From assembly GCA_964415125.1 (NCBI GenBank), contig CAYQAD010000042.1, positions 1 to 12,803 of the forward strand: 12,803 nucleotides of DNA. Direction: 5' to 3'. Positions 7,867-12,803 of this stretch are shown piece by piece. The stretch comes from an uncultured Phycisphaeraceae bacterium (GTDB lineage: Bacteria; Planctomycetota; Phycisphaerae; Phycisphaerales; UBA1924). Position 1 is the stretch's first letter; the number at the start of each line of letters is the position of its first letter. Position numbers and translations under genes: made by a program. Below the pieces are notes generated by a model. It did not search any database and was not told where the DNA came from. It was given only the letters and a program-made list of their open reading frames with translations.

Positions 7867-9363
7867 CTAGTCGTCGGGCTTGTCGCCGTCCTTGATGACA
7901 AACGTCGCCTGGAGCCGTGCGACTTCGCTCGCGAGCCCGGCGGCCTTCACGGATCTGAGTACCTCGTCGAAGTCCTTGTACGCAGCGGGCGCCTCGTCGA
8001 TGGGGTAGTTGCGGCAGTTCGTCAGGATGTCGCGCTCGGAGAACGACGCGTTGATCGCCGCCTGGTCGAGCGTGCGAGTCGCGGCCTTGCGGCCCATGAC
8101 TCGGCCGGCGCCGTGGTTCACGCTGAAGCACGAGAGCTCGGCGCCCGGATCGGCAACCATGACCGCCGAGCCCGCCTGTGGGTTGCCCGGGAGCAGGATG
8201 GGATGGCCGGTTGCTTCGAAGGGCGTGCCCTTGAGCGCGTGATGGCCGGCGGGGAAAGCGCGCGTGGCACCCTTGCGGTGCACCCAGTGCGGCTTGCCGT
8301 CGATGATCTCCTTGCGCGCAACGTTGTGGCTGATGAAGTACACGAGCTTGCCGTTGATGCCCGGGAAGACCTCCTGGAACGCTTCGAGAATCAGCGCGTT
8401 GATGAGCAGGTGGTTGAGCGTTGCGAAGTTCGCGCCGATCGCCATGTCGTCGAGGTACTTGCATGCCTCCTCGGTGCCGAGTGGGGCGTGGACGAGTTGG
8501 CGGTCGCCGCCGGGCAGCGGGATCCCCCAGGTCTTGAAGTGCTGCTCGAGCGCCTTGAACTGCCCCGCGGCCATGTCGTGCCCCAGGCCTCGCGAGCCGC
8601 AGTGGGAGAGGAACGCAACGCCGCCGTCGCGCAGGCCGAACACTTCGGCCGCCTCGCGGGCGCGCTCGCCCTCGCTGACTCGAACGATCTCGCACTCGCC
8701 GAAGTGGTTCCCTCCGCCGTAGGACCCGAGCTGGCGGATCTTCTTGGGAAATCTCTCATAGAACCGGGCGTCGCCCTTGTGGAGCTCGAGGCGGGCGCGC
8801 AGCGCGTCGGCCGAGCCGTCGTGCCCGGTATGGATGCTGTCCTCGCACCGATCGGCCCACTCGGGCGGAATGCCGAGCACGCGGCAGACCTCGTCGGTCG
8901 CACCCTCGGTGACGACGCGCGTGCCGACCTCGTGCGAGACCTCGCGTGACTTCGGCGCGTGCCGCTGCCCGCGCCCCGCGCCGGTCGGCGTGCGCTCACA
9001 GATCGCGTCGATGATCGCGCGCCGCGTGCGAGCGTCGCGCACGGCCTCCTCGTCGAGATCGAGCGCGAGAAGGCTCATGGAGCACTTGATGTCAACGCCG
9101 ACGGGCCCGGGGTAGATGTGCGAAGGGCTCGCCATCACGCACCCGACCGGCGTGCCGTAGCCGACGTGGGCGTCGGGGTTCAGGACAAGGTGCGACACGC
9201 CGGGCGCCATAGCCGAGTTGACGGTCTGGCGCAGGCAGCCCGCGTCAAAGGTCTCGCGGATCGCCGGCGTCCCGATGACGGTGACGGGCTTGCGGTCGTC
9301 CGGCAAGGGAAGGATGCCGGTTGCCTCGCCGGTCTCGATGATCGTGGTTGTGTCGCTTGCCAT
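7867..9363 (-). CDS. rtcB: RNA-splicing ligase RtcB (3'-phosphate/5'-OH RNA ligase)
   Basis: RtcB signature blocks are present: NPDAH, GVDIKCSM (active-site Cys), GGNHFGE, SHCGSRGLGH, SHNVA, HRKGATRAF, NHGAGRVMGRK. AGGAG lies 6 nt upstream of ATG 9363. Confidence 0.9.
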   Translation of the reverse strand: MASDTTTIIETGEATGILPLPDDRKPVTVIGTPAIRETFDAGCLRQTVNSAMAPGVSHLVLNPDAHVGYGTPVGCVMASPSHIYPGPVGVDIKCSMSLLALDLDEEAVRDARTRRAIIDAICERTPTGAGRGQRHAPKSREVSHEVGTRVVTEGATDEVCRVLGIPPEWADRCEDSIHTGHDGSADALRARLELHKGDARFYERFPKKIRQLGSYGGGNHFGECEIVRVSEGERAREAAEVFGLRDGGVAFLSHCGSRGLGHDMAAGQFKALEQHFKTWGIPLPGGDRQLVHAPLGTEEACKYLDDMAIGANFATLNHLLINALILEAFQEVFPGINGKLVYFISHNVARKEIIDGKPHWVHRKGATRAFPAGHHALKGTPFEATGHPILLPGNPQAGSAVMVADPGAELSCFSVNHGAGRVMGRKAATRTLDQAAINASFSERDILTNCRNYPIDEAPAAYKDFDEVLRSVKAAGLASEVARLQATFVIKDGDKPDD

Positions 9364-9542
9364 GTCGATCTCCTGGGTTGGAAAGATACTGCGAGCAACC
9401 CCGGCGGTTTCTGAATCCGCGGCTTGCCCTCTGGATAGGTCGCTCTGCGGCCGAGGCGTCGAGCGTTGCGTGCGTCCCCGCGCGTCTCACGCTGGGCGTT
9501 GGTGTGCAAAGCGCTGCGCCCGCGTTGGCGAACGCGAGCGCG

Positions 9543-10670
9543 TTAGTGGGCGGCCTGGCCCTTGCGGATCAGCGAGCCGACCTGGTCGGCGAGGTCGCCC
9601 GAGCCGAGCACGAACGTCGCGTCGGTGCCCTTGAGGATCTCCTGCAGGGTTTCCAGCTCCTTCATTCGCGCGAGCACCGGGTTGTCCGCGAGGAGCTTCG
9701 CGGTGTTTGCCTGGCTGCGCGATGCCGCGGTCTCCTCGCGACGGCGAATGAGGTTGGCCTCGGCCTGCTTCTCCGCGACGATGACCTCGTTGAGGATCAC
9801 CTTCATGTCCCCGGGGAGGATGATGTCTCGCAGGCCGACGCCCGCGACCGCCACGCCGAAGGCGGCCGCTCGCGTCGCCAATCGGCTGCGGATCTCGTTG
9901 CCCACGTCGTCCTTGTCGCTGAGCAGCTTCTCGAGGCTTCGCCCGCCGACGGCGGCGCGGAGCTGGAGTTGCGCCTCGCGATAGAGCGACTGGGTCCAGT
10001 CGGCGACTTCCGTGACCGCCTTGACCGGGTCGGTGACGCGGTGCGTCGCGACGAGGTTGACCCGCAGCGTGACCTTGTCGGCCGTCATGATCTCCTGCCC
10101 CTGGATGTCGGCAACGTGCTCTCGCAGATCGACGGGCTTCCAGGTGACGGCCGGCCCGCCTCGCCAGTACACAAAGTGTCCCGGTCCGAGCTGGTCGACG
10201 AGCTTGCCCTCGCGGAAGAGCATGACGCGTTCGTGGGCCTCCACGCGGACGCCGTTGAAATACTTCGCGCCCGCGGGGAAGTTGAGGATGGACTCGAGCC
10301 GGGGGTGCTCGAAGCGGGGCTCGTTCACGTTGTGCCGCTCGACCTCGACCGCTGCCGGCCCGCTCCAGTACGCGTGGAGGCCGGGGCCGAGCACGGCTTC
10401 GAGCCGACCGTTGACCCAGGCGAGGGCGCGCTCGTCGTCCTTCAGGTCGACGATCGTGAGGCGGGATGCCAGCTGCGGCTCACGCGTGAGGGCTTCGAGC
10501 CGATCGTGCGTGAAGCGGGGCGTCAGCGTGTCCACAACCTCGAAGGTGTCGTGCCGACGGAGGGGCCAAGTTGCAACGCGGTGTGCACCGGGGTCGAGCA
10601 CCGCCCGGAGGTCGCCGTGGCGGAACCACAGGCCGAGTTCGTGCTTGCGGATTCGGAGTGTCTTCATCAT
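9543..10670 (-). CDS. SPFH/band-7 (stomatin/slipin-like) domain protein with no N-terminal transmembrane helix and three tandem N-terminal repeats
   Basis: The C-terminal ~200 aa is a classical SPFH domain (QEIMTADKVTLRVN...LRDIILPGDMKVILNEVIVAEKQAEANLIRRREETAAS...). AAAGGAG lies 8 nt upstream of ATGATG at 10670. The track ORF extends upstream to 11081 through low-complexity sequence with no start signal. Confidence 0.8.
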   Translation of the reverse strand: MMKTLRIRKHELGLWFRHGDLRAVLDPGAHRVATWPLRRHDTFEVVDTLTPRFTHDRLEALTREPQLASRLTIVDLKDDERALAWVNGRLEAVLGPGLHAYWSGPAAVEVERHNVNEPRFEHPRLESILNFPAGAKYFNGVRVEAHERVMLFREGKLVDQLGPGHFVYWRGGPAVTWKPVDLREHVADIQGQEIMTADKVTLRVNLVATHRVTDPVKAVTEVADWTQSLYREAQLQLRAAVGGRSLEKLLSDKDDVGNEIRSRLATRAAAFGVAVAGVGLRDIILPGDMKVILNEVIVAEKQAEANLIRRREETAASRSQANTAKLLADNPVLARMKELETLQEILKGTDATFVLGSGDLADQVGSLIRKGQAAH

Positions 10671-11028
10671 CACGTGGGCTCCTTTCGTTGGGCTCGTGAT
10701 GCGTGCGAGTGGGGGAGTTGCTTCGAATGCGAGCCAAGGGGTTCCTTGCGCTGCCCGCCCGTTTCTGCGGCGGGGTCCGGGTTGAGGCCCGACGCACGCC
10801 GCTCGTGCGCTCGCGGCGTGTCGCCCCATCGGCTCGCCGGTGGCGGGCGTCTTGGGGGAGGTGCCGCGAGCGTGTCGCGTCGATTGCCGGGCCGGTATCC
10901 GCCGGACCACGGGCCGCGTCGCCGGTGCTTCCCTCCGCCGGAGCGCCGCGGGGCGGCGTGCCGACAGCCGGGTCGCGGCGGGCATGCGGTTCGGTGGGCC
11001 CTTGGCCCACGGTGTGCTTTGGCCAGTC

Positions 11029-11097
11029 TGCTCTGGGCGGGATTCGAACCCGCAGGTCTTGCGACCCTGACCGTCCGTCATCTGGTTCAGAGATGCG
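11029..11097 (-). ncRNA. tRNA-like element B: T-arm plus acceptor 3' strand fragment with an upstream GNRA hairpin, directly abutting element A
   Basis: The minus strand reads ...CATCT-CTGAACC-AGATG...CAGGGTC-GCAA-GACCTG-GCGGG-TTCGAAT-CCCGC-CCAGAGC-A. It has a perfect T-arm and acceptor 3' half. No matching acceptor 5' strand or D-arm is present, so it is not a complete tRNA. Confidence 0.35.
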
Positions 11098-11169
11098 GGT
11101 TGCGTGCCGGACTCGAACCGGCAACAGCCGAGGGGTAACTCGGTGCTCTACCAATTGAGCAAACGCTTC
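11098..11169 (-). ncRNA. tRNA-like element A: near-complete cloverleaf with non-canonical features (candidate Y-RNA-like tRNA mimic or tRNA pseudogene)
   Basis: The minus strand reads GAAGCGT-TT-GCTC-AATTGGTA-GAGC-A-CCGAG-TTACCC-CTCGG-CTGTT-GCCGG-TTCGAGT-CCGGC-ACGCAAC-C. It has canonical D-arm and T-arm (TTCGA loop). The anticodon loop is only 6 nt, and the acceptor stem has two A-A mismatches with no encoded CCA. Confidence 0.5.
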
Positions 11170-11376
11170 ATGTCCGCCGGCAGAACCCGTGTTCGCGAAA
11201 CGCGGGACGCCGAGAGGCGCCGCGTCGCCGGACGGCGGGGCATGACAAAGGGGTGGGTGATGTTGAACTCGCCGCAGCACGGGCCCTGGTCGAATCGCGA
11301 GGCGGCCCGCAGTGCGTGGACCTCGCTGGGGCGGAGGCGGCGGCGTGTGTTGTGGATCGATCGGGCTTCCATGGTC

Positions 11377-11404
11377 GGCCTCCTGTCGTGAATGACGGGA
11401 GGCC
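11377..11404. other. Stable hairpin ggcctcctg-tcgtgaatga-cgggaggcc (9-bp stem including one G-U)
   Basis: Seen directly in the rtcR-operon intergenic region. No U-tract follows on either strand. Confidence 0.3.
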
Positions 11405-11520
11405 CTTATGCACGACGCGTGCCAGCCTCGTCGGCCGGAGACGCCAGAACAAAAAACACCGTTTGGAGGCTGTGAACGCGGATGGCGATCGTTGCAGGTG
11501 CAGCGTCGCGTTTGGAATGT

Positions 11521-11536
11521 CGATACAATTGTATCG
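11521..11536. promoter_or_regulatory. Perfect 16-bp palindrome CGATACAATTGTATCG in an AT-rich patch 30 bp upstream of rtcR; candidate operator / divergent -10 elements
   Basis: Each half contains TACAAT (near TATAAT). It is unusually AT-rich for this ~70% GC locus and lies between rtcR and the divergent tRNA-like/SPFH-rtcB-AAA-rtcA string. Confidence 0.35.
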
Positions 11537-11565
11537 TATCTGATCTCGATTGATCGTGAGGTACC

Positions 11566-12803
11566 TTGGCAGCTCGCAAGTCCATCCCGCGTCCGACGGT
11601 GGTGCTCGGCATCCTCGGGACCACGCTCGACACCGGGAAGGGCCCCAAGCGGTGGGAGCGCTGGCGGCCGACCGTGTCGCTCTGCCAGCACGAAGATCTC
11701 CTTGTCGATCGCCTCGAGCTGTTGCACGATCAGCGGGCGTCGCGCCTCGCGGAGACGATCATCGCGGACATCGCGTCGGTCTCGCCCGAGACGCGGGTCG
11801 TCCAGCACCTCGTGGACATCACCGACCCGTGGGACTTCGAGGAGGTCTACGGCTCGCTGCACGAGTTCGCGGCGGGTTACGACTTCGACACCGAGCGCGA
11901 GGACTACCTCGTCCACATCACCACGGGCACGCACGTCGCGCAGATCTGCAACTTCCTCCTCACCGAGGCCCGCTACTTCCCCGCGCGGCTGATCCAGACC
12001 AGCCCGCCCCGCGGCAACAAGGGGCGAAGCACCGACAGCCCCGGGCTGTTCAGCATCATCGACCTCGACCTTTCGCGGTACGACCGCCTCGCGGCACGAT
12101 TCGAGCGCGAGCACACCGACGCGATCGCCTCGCTCAAGGGGGGCATCGAGACGAGAAACCCGTCGTTCAACCGGCTCATCGAACGCATCGAGCACGTCGC
12201 GGCACGGACGACCGATCCGATCCTGATCACGGGGCCCACGGGTGCCGGCAAGTCACGCCTGGCGGGGCGGATCTTCGAGCTCCGCAAGCATCGCCGGCTG
12301 GTGCGGGGCGAGCTCGTCGAGGTGAACTGCGCGACCCTTCGCGGCGATGGCGCGATGTCGGCGCTCTTCGGGCACAAGAAGGGCGCGTTCACCGGCGCGG
12401 CCTCCGACCGCGCGGGACTGTTGCGGTCCGCCGATGGCGGCACGCTGTTCCTCGATGAGATCGGCGAGCTCGGGCTCGACGAGCAGGCAATGCTGCTCCG
12501 GGCGATCGAGGAGAAACGGTTCCTCTCGCTCGGTGCCGACACGGAGACATCGAGCGATTTCCAGCTCATCGCGGGGACCAACCGCGATCTTGCGGAGCGC
12601 GTACGCAGCGGCGAGTTCCGGGAGGACCTGCTCGCGCGGATCAACCTTTGGACCTTCGAGATGCCCGCGCTGCGTGATCGCCCGGAAGACATCGAGCCGA
12701 ACCTTGACTACGAGCTGGAGCGATACGCGCGGGACCGCGGGCAGTTCGTGCGGTTCAGCGCCGAGGCGAGGTCGGCGTTTCTGGCGTTCGCGACCGGGCC
12801 CGA
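11566..12803 (+). CDS. rtcR: Sigma54-dependent transcriptional regulator RtcR (N-terminal CARF-type sensor domain plus AAA+ sigma54-activation domain); 3' end beyond the window
   Basis: The translation aligns along its length with E. coli RtcR: ...WERWRPTVSLCQHEDLLVDRLELLHD...SPET...DPWDFEEVYG...YLVHITTGTHVAQIC...ARLIQTSPP...IDLDLSRY..., then Walker A ITGPTGAGKS, GAFTGA, LFLDEIGEL, and the ESR-like GEFREDLLARINLW. The start is inferred at TTG 11566, with a possible GTG at 11599. The frame is open to the window end, so it is absent from the ORF track. Confidence 0.85.
   Translation, partial: MAARKSIPRPTVVLGILGTTLDTGKGPKRWERWRPTVSLCQHEDLLVDRLELLHDQRASRLAETIIADIASVSPETRVVQHLVDITDPWDFEEVYGSLHEFAAGYDFDTEREDYLVHITTGTHVAQICNFLLTEARYFPARLIQTSPPRGNKGRSTDSPGLFSIIDLDLSRYDRLAARFEREHTDAIASLKGGIETRNPSFNRLIERIEHVAARTTDPILITGPTGAGKSRLAGRIFELRKHRRLVRGELVEVNCATLRGDGAMSALFGHKKGAFTGAASDRAGLLRSADGGTLFLDEIGELGLDEQAMLLRAIEEKRFLSLGADTETSSDFQLIAGTNRDLAERVRSGEFREDLLARINLWTFEMPALRDRPEDIEPNLDYELERYARDRGQFVRFSAEARSAFLAFATGP

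Noticed and set aside
6701-8949. Plus-strand ORFs 6701..7840 and 7750..8949 overlapping the AAA and rtcB genes
   Set aside because: They are antisense to well-supported genes, with low-complexity products.
9505-9520. Sigma54 promoter upstream of rtcB (minus strand GGCGCAGCGCTTTGCA)
   Set aside because: The GG-to-GC spacing is 11 nt instead of the required 10, and sigma54 promoters are spacing-strict. It is kept only as a near-miss in the findings.
10671-11081. N-terminal extension of the SPFH ORF to 11081 (MTDGQGRKTCGF...)
   Set aside because: The extension is low-complexity with no RBS. A strong AAAGGAG RBS precedes ATGATG at 10670, and the extension would run through tRNA-like element B.
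11029-11097. Element B as a complete second tRNA gene
   Set aside because: No acceptor 5' strand complementary to CCAGAGC and no D-arm can be found in the 69 nt available. Only the T-arm, acceptor 3' half and hairpins exist.
9348-11138. 596-aa plus-strand ORF and 571-aa minus-strand ORF (10480..12195) covering the SPFH, tRNA-like and rtcR regions
   Set aside because: They conflict with the SPFH and RtcR homology on the opposite or other frames. The translations are Arg/Pro/Gly-rich with no domain signatures.
11029-11400. tmRNA (ssrA) interpretation of the tRNA-like 3' end
   Set aside because: No tmRNA 5' acceptor/tag-reading-frame region is recognisable upstream. A second complete T-arm 70 nt away fits tandem tRNA-like modules better.
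1-12803. CRISPR arrays, IS elements/transposases, integrases, rRNA
   Set aside because: There are no direct-repeat/spacer periodicity, no transposase-like ORFs and no rRNA-like conserved blocks.

Overview
This ~70% GC window is from a bacterium with an exosortase/PEP-CTERM system; the lineage cannot be determined. The left third (1-5.2 kb) carries housekeeping or surface genes. These are a 5'-truncated ORF, then, after a single in-frame TGA, a Gly-rich repeat protein ending in a PEP-CTERM-type sorting signal (VPTPG, hydrophobic helix, RRRR). An ABM-family monooxygenase and a secreted M28 peptidase with PA and PDZ domains follow. The right two thirds are an RNA-repair (Rtc) locus with non-canonical content. 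A sigma54-type CARF regulator, rtcR (+ strand, runs off the window), is divergent from a minus-strand gene string. That string is an SPFH/band-7 protein, rtcB (RNA ligase), a BCS1-like AAA+ ATPase, and rtcA (RNA 3'-phosphate cyclase). The ATPase stop and the rtcA start overlap in an ATGA. In the rtcR-operon intergenic region, on the operon strand, sit two tandem tRNA-like modules. The first is a near-complete but non-canonical cloverleaf and the second is a T-arm/acceptor fragment. I read them as candidate Y-RNA-like tRNA mimics, by analogy with Salmonella rsr-yrlBA-rtcBA, or as tRNA remnants. The same region has a perfect 16-bp AT-rich palindrome just upstream of rtcR and several stable hairpins. 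No CRISPR array, transposase or rRNA is visible. Many long antisense ORFs in the track are high-GC artefacts.
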